Source: SAR86 cluster bacterium (lineage in GTDB: Bacteria; Pseudomonadota; Gammaproteobacteria; Magnimaribacterales; TMED112). From it: 64,000 bases of DNA. The position numbers were made by a program, and so were the translations under genes. Below, piece after piece: positions 1-8,624 of the stretch (positions are counted from its first letter, which is position 1; every line of letters begins with the position of its first letter). The stretch lies in assembly GCA_003331635.1 (NCBI GenBank), contig QOPH01000001.1, forward strand, positions 42,599 to 106,598. The letters run 5' to 3'. Below the pieces are notes generated by a model. The model was not told where the DNA came from, did no database searches, and saw only the letters and a list, made by a program, of their open reading frames with translations.

Positions 1-1319
1 ATACATTTTTATTTGAATCTGCCAAATCCCATGAAGTTAAAGGACGCTACTCGATAATGTCTCTGCAAAGTTTAAAGAGATATAACTTTTTTAATAATGA
101 AGTCGAAATTATTACAAAAGATAAAACAGAAAGGAGAAGGGTTCCAGATCCATTCAAATATCTAGACAATCTAATCAATGAATTCAATGCTCCAACTATT
201 AAGGGACTCCCCAATTTTTTAGGCGGTTTAATTGGTTACTTTTCTTATGAATCATTTAATTTTATTGAGCCTAAATTAAATCTCCATTCTCCTGATATGC
301 CTTTTATATCAATTTGCCAATGTAATGAAATAATTGTTTTTGATAACTTCAAAGGCACTTTTTACATAATAGTAACAACAGAACAAAAAACTGATGATGG
401 CTATCAAAGTGCTAAGCGTAGGATTAAAGAAATCAAAAGTGCGATTTATAGCCTTCAACCATCAATATCACAAAATATTAATAGAGTTGATAAAGAATTA
501 GTAAGCACAACCAATCCAGATGAAAAAACTTTTAAATCTTACGTAAAAAAAATTAAATCACTTATTAATGATGGTGAAATTATGCAAGCTGTTTTATCAA
601 GGGAAGTATCATTTAAAGGAAATTTTAACCCATTTACTTTATATAGAGCTTTGAGATTAATTAATCCTTCACCTTATATGTTTTATATGAACTTTGGCGA
701 TTTAAATTTAATTGGATCATCACCTGAAATACTCGTTCAAAACTTCCAAGATAAGGTCACTATAAGACCTATTGCTGGTACGCGCAAAAGAGGAATTGAT
801 GAATCAGAAGATTTACAAAATAAAATTGATTTAATTGGTGATGATAAAGAAAAAGCTGAGCATATGATGTTAGTTGATCTAGCAAGAAATGACGTTTCTA
901 AAGTTTCTAATCCTTCTACTGTATCTGTTGATGAGATGATGATTGTTGAAAAATATTCGCACGTGATGCATATGACATCAAACGTAATAGGGCAAATTAA
1001 AGAAAGTGCCACTCCAATCGACTGTTTAAAAGCAGCTCTTCCTGCAGGGACACTAAGTGGTGCACCAAAAATAAGGGCCATGGAAATACTCTCTGAACTA
1101 GAAAATAGAGCTAGAGGAATTTATGGCGGTTGTGTTGGTTACATCGGATATAACAAATCTCTAGATACTGCAATAATCATAAGAACAGCGCTACATAAGA
1201 AAGATGAAGTTAAAGTAGGGGTAGGGGCTGGAATTGTTTTTGACTCAGAACCACAAAATGAATGGAATGAAACAGTTGCTAAATTAAATGTTTTCTTGGA
1301 GGCATTAAAATACGAATGA
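1..1319 (+). CDS. trpE: Anthranilate synthase component I, 5'-truncated at the window edge
   Basis: Chorismate-utilising enzyme motifs are present (NPSPYMFY, GSSPE, IAGTRKRG, LSGAPKIRAMEI, RGIYGGCVGY). The frame is open from nt 3 (TFLFESAKSHEVKGRYSI precedes the listed Met at 57), so the true start lies upstream of the window. Confidence 0.92.
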   Translation, partial: TFLFESAKSHEVKGRYSIMSLQSLKRYNFFNNEVEIITKDKTERRRVPDPFKYLDNLINEFNAPTIKGLPNFLGGLIGYFSYESFNFIEPKLNLHSPDMPFISICQCNEIIVFDNFKGTFYIIVTTEQKTDDGYQSAKRRIKEIKSAIYSLQPSISQNINRVDKELVSTTNPDEKTFKSYVKKIKSLINDGEIMQAVLSREVSFKGNFNPFTLYRALRLINPSPYMFYMNFGDLNLIGSSPEILVQNFQDKVTIRPIAGTRKRGIDESEDLQNKIDLIGDDKEKAEHMMLVDLARNDVSKVSNPSTVSVDEMMIVEKYSHVMHMTSNVIGQIKESATPIDCLKAALPAGTLSGAPKIRAMEILSELENRARGIYGGCVGYIGYNKSLDTAIIIRTALHKKDEVKVGVGAGIVFDSEPQNEWNETVAKLNVFLEALKYE

Positions 1320-1903
1320 AAGTCTGTTTAATTGATAACTACGATTCTTTTACTTATAACGTTGAACATTTACTAAAAACACAAGATGTACTGGTTGAGG
1401 TCATTAGAAATGATCAAATTTCAGTTGATGAGTTGGATCTCAGTAATTATGATGCATTTGTTTTAGGCCCAGGTCCATCAAATCCATCTAATGCGGGAAT
1501 ATGCAACGATTTAATTAAATATTTTTATAAAGTAAAACCAATTTTAGGTATTTGTTTAGGCCATCAATGTATAGGCTACTCATTCAATTCAAAAATTATT
1601 AGAGCAAAAAATATCATGCATGGAAAAACATCAATGATCTCTCATAATAAACAAACCATATTTAAGGGATTAAAAGTGCCATATCATGTGATGCGTTATC
1701 ATAGCCTTATTATTGATAGCTCCACTTTGCACAAAGATTTTGAAATTATTGCTTCAGTTCAGGAAAATAGTGATGAGATAATAATGGCAATAAAACACAA
1801 TAAATATAATTTGTTTGGCGTTCAGTTCCATCCGGAATCAATTTTTTCTGAGCAGGGAAATAAAATAATCGCTAACTTTCTAGAGATAGTGAATGAGCAG
1901 TAA
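1316..1903 (+). CDS. trpG: Anthranilate synthase component II (glutamine amidotransferase)
   Basis: Class-I amidotransferase motifs GICLGHQC and FGVQFHPES. The start overlaps the trpE stop by 4 nt. Confidence 0.9.
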   Translation: MKVCLIDNYDSFTYNVEHLLKTQDVLVEVIRNDQISVDELDLSNYDAFVLGPGPSNPSNAGICNDLIKYFYKVKPILGICLGHQCIGYSFNSKIIRAKNIMHGKTSMISHNKQTIFKGLKVPYHVMRYHSLIIDSSTLHKDFEIIASVQENSDEIIMAIKHNKYNLFGVQFHPESIFSEQGNKIIANFLEIVNEQ

Positions 1904-2900
1904 ATTTAAGACTCTTTTAGACACACAGACAGATAACTTCGATGAGCTAAAATTCTACTTTCACCACCTATTAAGTGGAGATTGTGTTGATGATGAAATA
2001 ATCGAATCATTAATTGAAATGAGTGAATACGGAATCAATCAGAAAATCCTAGAACCCTTAACATCAACACTAAGAGATAAATCTAGTCCATTAGAAATCG
2101 ACACGAATGATTATATTGATACTTGTGGAACAGGAGGTTCTGGGTTAAATATTTTTAATTGTTCCACCTTAAGTGCTTTAGTTGTAGCAACAGCTGGTGG
2201 GAAGGTTTTAAAGCATGGAAATAAATCTGTAACGAGTAAATCAGGTAGTGCGGATTTTCTTCAAAGAGCTGGCATTAATTTAGATCATTCTATAGAACTT
2301 GCTAAAGAAGCATTTGAAATTTTCAATTTTGCCTTTCTGTTCGCTCCAAGCTTCCATAGTTCATTAAAATATGTGGCTAATGCTAGAAAGCTAATAAACA
2401 AAAGAACTGCCTTTAATGTAGCAGGTCCTCTGGCACACCCAGGTAATCCAAAATTTCAGATAATTGGCACATCAGACAAGAAATTAAATGAAGACATTAT
2501 CAATATTTTAAAAAAAAGGAAGCTTAAAAGAGCTATGGTAGTTACAGCTGAAGATGGTGTAGATGAAATATCTATATGCAGTAAAACATACGTCCATGAG
2601 TTAAAAAATGACGAAATTAATCAATTTGTTTTAGACCCTGAAGAATTTAATATGCAACTAGCTAATCTTAATGACATTCAAGTAAATACAGCTGAGGAAG
2701 CCTATGTATTTGGGCTTGATATCTTAAATGGTAAAAGAGGAAATGGATTTAATATGGTTGCATTAAATGCAGGTGCAGCTTTGTATACACTAGGAATTAA
2801 TAATAACCTTTCAGATGGAATAGAGAATGCAATTAATGTTTTACATTCAGGAAGAGCATTATTACTTTTAAATAAATACGCAAAGTTTACTAATCAATAA
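1893..2900 (+). CDS. trpD: Anthranilate phosphoribosyltransferase
   Basis: Motifs DTCGTGGSG and KHGNKSVTSKSGSADFL. It overlaps the trpG 3' end and sits in the trp operon. Confidence 0.9.
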   Translation: MSSKFKTLLDTQTDNFDELKFYFHHLLSGDCVDDEIIESLIEMSEYGINQKILEPLTSTLRDKSSPLEIDTNDYIDTCGTGGSGLNIFNCSTLSALVVATAGGKVLKHGNKSVTSKSGSADFLQRAGINLDHSIELAKEAFEIFNFAFLFAPSFHSSLKYVANARKLINKRTAFNVAGPLAHPGNPKFQIIGTSDKKLNEDIINILKKRKLKRAMVVTAEDGVDEISICSKTYVHELKNDEINQFVLDPEEFNMQLANLNDIQVNTAEEAYVFGLDILNGKRGNGFNMVALNAGAALYTLGINNNLSDGIENAINVLHSGRALLLLNKYAKFTNQ

Positions 2901-2901
2901 A

Positions 2902-3663
2902 ATGTCGGTATTAAAACAAATTTTTGATAGAAAAATCACATCTATTGAAAAGAAAAAAAAACTTAAATCAATTGATCAATTAGAAAATGAAATTGCAAAT
3001 AATCTGATACCTTCCCATAATTTTTTTGACGTTTTAAATGACAACAATGATCAAATAAAGATTATCGCTGAGTGTAAGAAAAGTTCTCCATCTGCTGGTT
3101 TAATTGTTGATAGTTATGATCCTATAGCTATATGTAGTAAGTACAAGACTAAAGGTTACAAGAATTTATCAATTCTAACAGAGGAGAAATATTTTCAGGG
3201 ATCTACTGAAGATCTAACTAAAGTTAAGAAAGAACTTAATATGCCAATACTTCAAAAAGATTTTATTTATGATGAATGGCAAATATTTGAAGCAAAATCA
3301 TCCGGAGCTGATTGCATTCTTTTAATTTCTGAATATTTAAGTTTTGAGCAACTTCAATCTCTTGTGAATACTGCAGAAAGTCTTGAAATAGGTGTGTTAG
3401 TTGAGTTTCATAGATTAGAGGAGTTAGAAAAAATAATTAATTTGAATATAAAAAATATAGGAATTAATAATAGGAACTTAATATCTTTGGAAACAAATGT
3501 TTTGCATTGTTTAGATGTATATGAAAAAAACAAAAGTCTTTTAAAGGACTATAATATAATTGCAGAATCAGGTTTTTCATCAAATGATGATATAAATAAA
3601 TACCTTGATTACGGTATTGAGAGATTTTTAATAGGTGAGCATTTACTGAAGGAGTCATTTTGA
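2902..3663 (+). CDS. trpC: Indole-3-glycerol phosphate synthase
   Basis: IIAECKKSSPSAG motif and typical TIM-barrel length (253 aa). It starts 1 nt after the trpD stop. Confidence 0.88.
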   Translation: MSVLKQIFDRKITSIEKKKKLKSIDQLENEIANNLIPSHNFFDVLNDNNDQIKIIAECKKSSPSAGLIVDSYDPIAICSKYKTKGYKNLSILTEEKYFQGSTEDLTKVKKELNMPILQKDFIYDEWQIFEAKSSGADCILLISEYLSFEQLQSLVNTAESLEIGVLVEFHRLEELEKIINLNIKNIGINNRNLISLETNVLHCLDVYEKNKSLLKDYNIIAESGFSSNDDINKYLDYGIERFLIGEHLLKESF

Positions 3664-4046
3664 AAAAAGTTATATTATTTGTTTATTTACTGGCTAATAT
3701 AGTTTTGAGCTCTGAACTTTATTTCATTGAGCCTAAAGATGGCCAAGTTGTTGAAAAAACCTTTGTAGTTAAGTTTGGTTTAAAGGATTTTGGCGTTGCT
3801 CCGGCAGGATATGATATTAACAATACGGGCCATCATCATCTTCTTATTGATGTAGAGCTACCTGATCTTAATAAACCCATTCCAGCTGATGCGAATCATC
3901 TTCATTTTGGAGGAGGGCAAACTGAAGCTTTACTTACATTAAGTCCTGGAGAACATAAGTTAAGGCTCTTAATGGGGAACTATCTACACATTCCCCATGA
4001 AAAACCTTTAATATCAAAAGAAATAACTATTATCGTTAAGAATTAG
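3660..4046 (+). CDS. Secreted DUF4399-family protein
   Basis: N-terminal signal peptide. GHHHLLID and HFGGGQTE motifs fit my recollection of DUF4399. The TTG start overlaps the trpC stop (TTGA). Confidence 0.65.
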   Translation: MKKVILFVYLLANIVLSSELYFIEPKDGQVVEKTFVVKFGLKDFGVAPAGYDINNTGHHHLLIDVELPDLNKPIPADANHLHFGGGQTEALLTLSPGEHKLRLLMGNYLHIPHEKPLISKEITIIVKN

Positions 4047-5008
4047 TTATAAGTACTTCCGCCCTGACCGGCATCAACAATATTAATTACTGCATCATTA
4101 GCCATATTTGGATGAACTGTACAGTAATAATAAAGTGTGTCTGGTGTTTCAGAGTCTATTATTAATTCTAGAATGGTATTTGGTCCCATATTAGTATCAT
4201 AAGTTCTGCCAGCTTCTCTTGTTACGTAGTTATCTCTTGTGTAAGTAGTTCCACCACCATGTGTGCCATCTTTGGTAGTAGATATCCTAAACGGATGGGT
4301 GCTATTTGTAGAATCACCTAGGTCAAACCTATAAGTTTTCCCTCTCTCTAATGTTAAGCTTGGCGCCAACATGCCATCTATATAATATTTATCTGGCGAG
4401 CTTGTAGATGTAACTTTAAAGGTTGTTTCCTTTATAGGCTTTCCATCTAAACCAACAGCAGATACCAGGTTTGATGCATCATGAGCTAAATAATCAGAGG
4501 AGGTCATATCCATATTGTATTGATACAGTTGGTGATCGTTAGAAGTAACATGATTATTATTTTTGCCGAATGTAGCTGAAATTCCAGAAGCAATATTAAA
4601 AGAGCTTGCATCTTTTGTTGTAGAAAATTCATAACCGTCAGTCCAAGTGGTACTGTTTTTTATGCCTGGAGAGTCAAAGAAATACACATAAACAGTACGA
4701 GTATCAGCAGAAGCAGATTCCGTGGTATTGCCAGACATTTGAATAATCTCTGTATTGCCACCAGTTGTTAAGTTTGCATTTATGCTTGTTACTGCAACAT
4801 CTGGTGCCGGTGCCGGTGCCGGTGTTGGTGCCGGTGTTGGTGCCGGTGTTGGTGCAGGTGTTGGTGCAGGTGTTGGTGCAGGTGTAGGAGAAGGACCATA
4901 GCCGCCGCCATCACCCATTCCGCCGCCTCCGCCGCCGCCGCCGCCGCCGCAAGCAGCAAGGAGTACAATAGATAACGCAGTTAATGTATTTTTTATTAGT
5001 TTAGACAT
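4043..5008 (-). CDS. Lipoprotein with Gly10 and Pro-Ala/Pro-Thr linkers and a C-terminal type-1-copper (cupredoxin/amicyanin-like) ligand motif
   Basis: Lipobox LLAAC is followed by G10. A (PT/PA)n linker follows. The C-terminus carries STHPF...YYYCTVHPNM, a His ... Cys-x2-His-x2-Met spacing like amicyanin. Confidence 0.6.
   Translation of the reverse strand: MSKLIKNTLTALSIVLLAACGGGGGGGGGGMGDGGGYGPSPTPAPTPAPTPAPTPAPTPAPTPAPAPAPDVAVTSINANLTTGGNTEIIQMSGNTTESASADTRTVYVYFFDSPGIKNSTTWTDGYEFSTTKDASSFNIASGISATFGKNNNHVTSNDHQLYQYNMDMTSSDYLAHDASNLVSAVGLDGKPIKETTFKVTSTSSPDKYYIDGMLAPSLTLERGKTYRFDLGDSTNSTHPFRISTTKDGTHGGGTTYTRDNYVTREAGRTYDTNMGPNTILELIIDSETPDTLYYYCTVHPNMANDAVINIVDAGQGGSTYN
4803..4886. repeat. 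Tandem hexanucleotide repeat (GGTGYN x14) encoding the Pro-Ala/Pro-Thr linker of the lipoprotein
   Basis: Read directly: ggtgcc x3, then alternating ggtgtt/ggtgcc and ggtgtt/ggtgca units, ending in ggtgta. Markedly GC-richer than the surrounding sequence. Confidence 0.9.
4919..4948. repeat. GCC/TCC trinucleotide run (six perfect GCC at 4931-4948) encoding Gly10 directly after the lipobox Cys
   Basis: Read directly: tcc gcc gcc tcc gcc gcc gcc gcc gcc gcc on the plus strand, giving ten Gly codons on the minus strand. Confidence 0.9.
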
Positions 5009-5071
5009 CTACTAGATATAAACACAAATTTACATTAATCAATAAATTAATATTTATTTGTTTCTTTATTG

Positions 5072-6259
5072 TTACTTTTTAGAATCTAACTTAGTTTTAT
5101 CAGTCTCATCTTTGTGCTTTTTCAGATATTTCATAAATGGAGTTCCGCCTGTTCCTCTTACAACTGAACCACCTGAACCGAATAGTGTTTCTTTAGTATT
5201 TTGCTTGTGTATATAGTCAGCTGCATACTGCAAATGTTGTGCTCTAAATGCGCTTATTTCAACTAGTGATTCATTATAGAGATCTTCGAGCTGTTTATCG
5301 TCTTTAATAAAACTTTTTAAATTGCTGTATTTCTCAACGTACTCAATTAGTTGTCTGTGTGCTGGAGGCATGTATCCACGCATCTCATCAAGATAATCAC
5401 GCAATTCATCCTTTTCATGAGAGACATTAAATAACGCATCCATAGTTGGAACTATTGAGCTTTGTGCTCCAGTCTCACCTCTATAAAATTGTGGTTTGTT
5501 TTTAAAACATCCTTCGTATATCAATCCATTCTTTAAATCAGGATTATTTTTCCAGCCAAAAATATAAGGCCTTACTCTGTGATAATAGATATAGGGATCA
5601 CATTTTTCAGGCATTTTTCTAAAGATATGATTTATTTCAATGAAAGAATTTTTTAGTTGTTTAAGATTTTCATAAATCTCTTTTTTGGAAACGTTATCTT
5701 CTTGAAATAATTTTGAAATATGAGCTGCTGATTTAATTGCAGCTCTTGCAGTATGTTCAATGCAAACATGAATAGTTACAAACCAATCTTCATCAATTCC
5801 ACCTAGAAAATTATGTATAAGAGCAACATTATCCAAAGAAATTGGATCGTCTTTATTAATTTTAAACCAATTATCTAGACAATAACTTGCATAACTTAGT
5901 ACAGCTGGACGACCTAATTTATGAGAAATCTCAACCCAAGGTATAGACAATGATGCTGGAAGTTTAGAAAGGGGAGATGAGCCTCCGTATATATAAGCAT
6001 GGCCAATAAAAGAAAATTGAACATTAAGAAGTCTTAATTCTCTCTCATTTAATTCATTAAAGTTTATCAAAAGTGACTCATCAGACAGTCTATCAATGGC
6101 AGGACGAATCTGATTAGTTAGCATTAATTTAGGAAGATTTGATGAAATGTTATGAACTAATTTTATTTTTTCACAATTAGTAACTATTTCTTTAAGTGGT
6201 TCAATATCAGATATAAAACTACTTACATCTGAGGGATCAAAATCTATATTAGATTTCAT
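5072..6259 (-). CDS. Indoleamine 2,3-dioxygenase-like heme dioxygenase
   Basis: IDO-family signatures: LSIPWVEISHKLGRPAVLSYASYCLDNW, GGIDEDWF..IHVCIE, CDPYIYYHRVRPYIFG, GETGAQSS, FRAQHLQYAADYI (proximal His context) and GTGGTPFMKYLK. Confidence 0.8.
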   Translation of the reverse strand: MKSNIDFDPSDVSSFISDIEPLKEIVTNCEKIKLVHNISSNLPKLMLTNQIRPAIDRLSDESLLINFNELNERELRLLNVQFSFIGHAYIYGGSSPLSKLPASLSIPWVEISHKLGRPAVLSYASYCLDNWFKINKDDPISLDNVALIHNFLGGIDEDWFVTIHVCIEHTARAAIKSAAHISKLFQEDNVSKKEIYENLKQLKNSFIEINHIFRKMPEKCDPYIYYHRVRPYIFGWKNNPDLKNGLIYEGCFKNKPQFYRGETGAQSSIVPTMDALFNVSHEKDELRDYLDEMRGYMPPAHRQLIEYVEKYSNLKSFIKDDKQLEDLYNESLVEISAFRAQHLQYAADYIHKQNTKETLFGSGGSVVRGTGGTPFMKYLKKHKDETDKTKLDSKK

Positions 6260-6326
6260 GAAATAACTATATCAGATATTTATAAAATTAATCCTTGCTA
6301 TCTATTTTACAAACCATATACTAAAC

Positions 6327-6363
6327 GAGAATCATTCTCATTTACATTTCGAGAAGCATTCAC
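6327..6363. promoter_or_regulatory. Fur-box-like operators in the divergent IDO-like/TBDR promoter region
   Basis: Perfect palindrome GAGAAT-C-ATTCTC at 6327-6339. A related copy GAGAAGCATTCAC lies at 6351-6363. Each half-site matches about 5/7 of the TGATAAT-N-ATTATCA Fur 7-1-7 consensus. The site is 14-50 nt upstream of the TBDR start. Confidence 0.5.
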
Positions 6364-6376
6364 GAATAGAAATATT

Positions 6377-8440
6377 ATGAAAGATCTATGCAAAATTATA
6401 TTTTTATTGCTTGCTGCATCAATAGGAGCGCAATCCGATTCTGCTGAAGAACTAGAAGAAATTGTTGTTAAAGGTAAGGTACTTTATTCTGATCAGGTAA
6501 ATGCATTAAAAACACCTGTACCTGTTATTAATGTTCCTCAAACAGTAACAATTGTTACAGACGAAGACATTCGTAAACAAGGGTTTAGACAAATTGGAGA
6601 TATAGTTAGATACACTCCAGGAGTGAATACTTCACAAGGAGAAGGGCATAGAGATGCCATTGTTTTTCGTGGGGTAAGATCTACTGCTGACTTTTATTTA
6701 GACGGTATGAGAGATGATGTTCAATATTATCGTTCTCTATATAACCTTGAACAAGTAGAAATACTTAGAGGTCCTAATGCACTTTTATTCGGTAGAGGTG
6801 GAACAGGTGGAATTATCAACAGAGTAACAAAAAAAGCAACTGTTGGAGAAGTTTTCGGTTCAGTAGATGCAGGCTTTGATTCATTTGGGTCATTTGATGT
6901 TGCTGGTGACTACAACATGGCAACAGGCAATAATTCTGCACTGAGAATTAATTTTCACACCGATGATTTAGCTAATCATAGAGATTTTTACTATGGCGAA
7001 AGAGTTGGTTTTAACCCAACCCTTAAAGTCCTATTAAGTGATTCAACAACATTAGATCTATCTTATGAATATGCAGATCATGAAAGGTTTATTGATAGAG
7101 GAATACCTACTGCTGATGGTAAACCTGTTGAGAGCTTTGAAAAAATTGTTTTTGGTGATGAAGTTCAAAATTTACAAACATTAACAGCAAATGTTATGAG
7201 AGCAAATGTAAGCCACATGCTCTCTGACACTAGCAAAATAAATATCTCTGTATTGTCCAGTGATTATGAAAAGATGTATCAAAACCTTTATGCTGCTGCA
7301 TATGATGCTGCAACAAATGTTGTAACTATGGATGGTTACCACGATCCAACTGAAAGAGAAAACTTCATGATGTCGACAAATCTAGTAAGTGAATTAGATT
7401 TTGGTGGAATGAAACATACACTTTTATTAGGCACAGAAGTAATTGATACACAAAATAAAAATACCAGATACGACAGTTACTGGATAACTAGCGGGACAGA
7501 TAAAGAGAGTTTTATTGTGACTAGACCTCTTGATTTCTCAGTAACTAATTTAGGTGTTGCTACAGCATTTGATTTTGCAACAAAGTTAAAGAGTAGAACA
7601 GAGTCAGATATTGCTGTTTCATCTTTTTATGTACAAGACCAAATAGAAGTAAGTGACAAAGTGCTTTTACTGCTGGGTGGACGTATGGATACTTTTGATA
7701 TTACTGTTGATGATCTAAAAGCAGGCTCATCTCAATCAAGAGAAGACGAAGAGTTTTCTCCAAGAGCTGGTATTGTATTTAAGCCAAGAGACGAAGTATC
7801 TATTTACTACGGCATAAGTCAAAGTTTCTTACCAAGATCGGGCGAGCAATATAAAAAACTTACAGCAAGTGCAGCTGCTTTAGATCCAGATGTTTTTGAA
7901 AATACTGAATTTGGTATGAAATGGGCAATTTCAAAAGATTTAAGTTTTACAGTAAGTATGTTTGATAGTGAGCAAACAATTGCAACAAGAACATCTGACG
8001 GTGAATCTGCTGAGATAGTTGGTCTACAAGTTGATGGAGTTGAACTTGAGCTTAAGGGACAGGTAAATGACAACCTAAATATTGCAGTAGCCTACGCACA
8101 AATGGATGGTGAAACAAGTACCGGTGGTGAACCAAGAGAAATTCCAAAAAATACTTTATCAGTATTTGCTCAATACAGGGTTAATGATAAGTTTGGTTGG
8201 GCACTTGGATTCACTGATCAAGGTAAATCATACATAAGTAACAATAACACCAGCAGATACTTACCAGAGTATACAAGAGTTGATTTTGGTGCCTATTATG
8301 ATGTTTCATCAGATTTAACTTTACAAGTGAATGTTGAAAATGTGAGAGATGAACTTTATTTCCCACACTCACACAGTTCTCATCAAGCGTCTGTTGGAGA
8401 GCCACAGAATGCGAGACTATCACTTAGGTATACTTTTTAG
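6377..8440 (+). CDS. TonB-dependent receptor (siderophore-receptor-like)
   Basis: Signal peptide and TonB-box-like EELEEIVVKG. Plug motifs (VEILRGPNALLFGRGGTGG). Length 687 aa with the C-terminal beta-barrel ending RYTF. Confidence 0.88.
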   Translation: MKDLCKIIFLLLAASIGAQSDSAEELEEIVVKGKVLYSDQVNALKTPVPVINVPQTVTIVTDEDIRKQGFRQIGDIVRYTPGVNTSQGEGHRDAIVFRGVRSTADFYLDGMRDDVQYYRSLYNLEQVEILRGPNALLFGRGGTGGIINRVTKKATVGEVFGSVDAGFDSFGSFDVAGDYNMATGNNSALRINFHTDDLANHRDFYYGERVGFNPTLKVLLSDSTTLDLSYEYADHERFIDRGIPTADGKPVESFEKIVFGDEVQNLQTLTANVMRANVSHMLSDTSKINISVLSSDYEKMYQNLYAAAYDAATNVVTMDGYHDPTERENFMMSTNLVSELDFGGMKHTLLLGTEVIDTQNKNTRYDSYWITSGTDKESFIVTRPLDFSVTNLGVATAFDFATKLKSRTESDIAVSSFYVQDQIEVSDKVLLLLGGRMDTFDITVDDLKAGSSQSREDEEFSPRAGIVFKPRDEVSIYYGISQSFLPRSGEQYKKLTASAAALDPDVFENTEFGMKWAISKDLSFTVSMFDSEQTIATRTSDGESAEIVGLQVDGVELELKGQVNDNLNIAVAYAQMDGETSTGGEPREIPKNTLSVFAQYRVNDKFGWALGFTDQGKSYISNNNTSRYLPEYTRVDFGAYYDVSSDLTLQVNVENVRDELYFPHSHSSHQASVGEPQNARLSLRYTF

Positions 8441-8624
8441 AGTTTGATAGTGGATGGAAAGCTGAGGTCAGTGGACACAATAAATCATATTCCACCCTTG
8501 CATAATATGATCAATACAATGTGCCAGCCATGCTTGCCTACACTCTCAGAATTAATCTTTCATGAAGTGAAAGTCGCTTTCTGATCCCTTATATTACATT
8601 CCTGAAAGAGCTTTCACTACTTCG
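8441..8624 (+). ncRNA. Candidate structured non-coding RNA or cis-regulatory leader (unclassified)
   Basis: No ORF of 60 aa or more on either strand, and visibly GC-richer than other intergenic DNA here. A helix GCTGAG(8462-67)/CTCAG(8545-49) encloses a GTGGA/TCCAC hairpin. An approximately 15-bp interrupted hairpin spans 8564-8623. An intrinsic terminator follows immediately. Confidence 0.3.

Noticed and set aside
737-1081. 114-aa minus-strand ORF within trpE
   Set aside because: Shadow ORF opposite a conserved CDS. The same reasoning applies to the other embedded track ORFs: 3464-3658, 7819-8073, 8211-8423, 10067-10315, 10754-10984, 11851-12054, 15572-15763, 18587-18811, 19895-20083, 20742-21008, 21278-21511, 21992-22183, 22132-22335, 23928-24140, 24153-24389, 24650-24835, 26998-27198, 28708-28896, 29034-29231, 30130-30327, 32973-33209, 38509-38715, 38679-38876, 56058-56273 and 58453-58650.
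8461-8530. Possible TPP (THI-box) riboswitch: GCTGAGG ... ACCCTTG ... TGATC ... AATGTGCCAGCC resembles GCUGAGA ... ACCC ... CCUGAUCUGGAUAAUGCCAGCG
   Set aside because: The P5 partner (CUGG for CCAG) is missing, an extra hairpin interrupts the P2/P3 region, and the downstream gene has no thiamine link. The resemblance is too partial to call. It should be tested with a covariance model rather than asserted.
8507-8584. 25-aa ORF MINTMCQPCLPTLSELIFHEVKVAF (CxxC) within the structured spacer
   Set aside because: There is no Shine-Dalgarno sequence, it is very short, and it overlaps predicted helices. It cannot be distinguished from chance, so it is kept only as a note.
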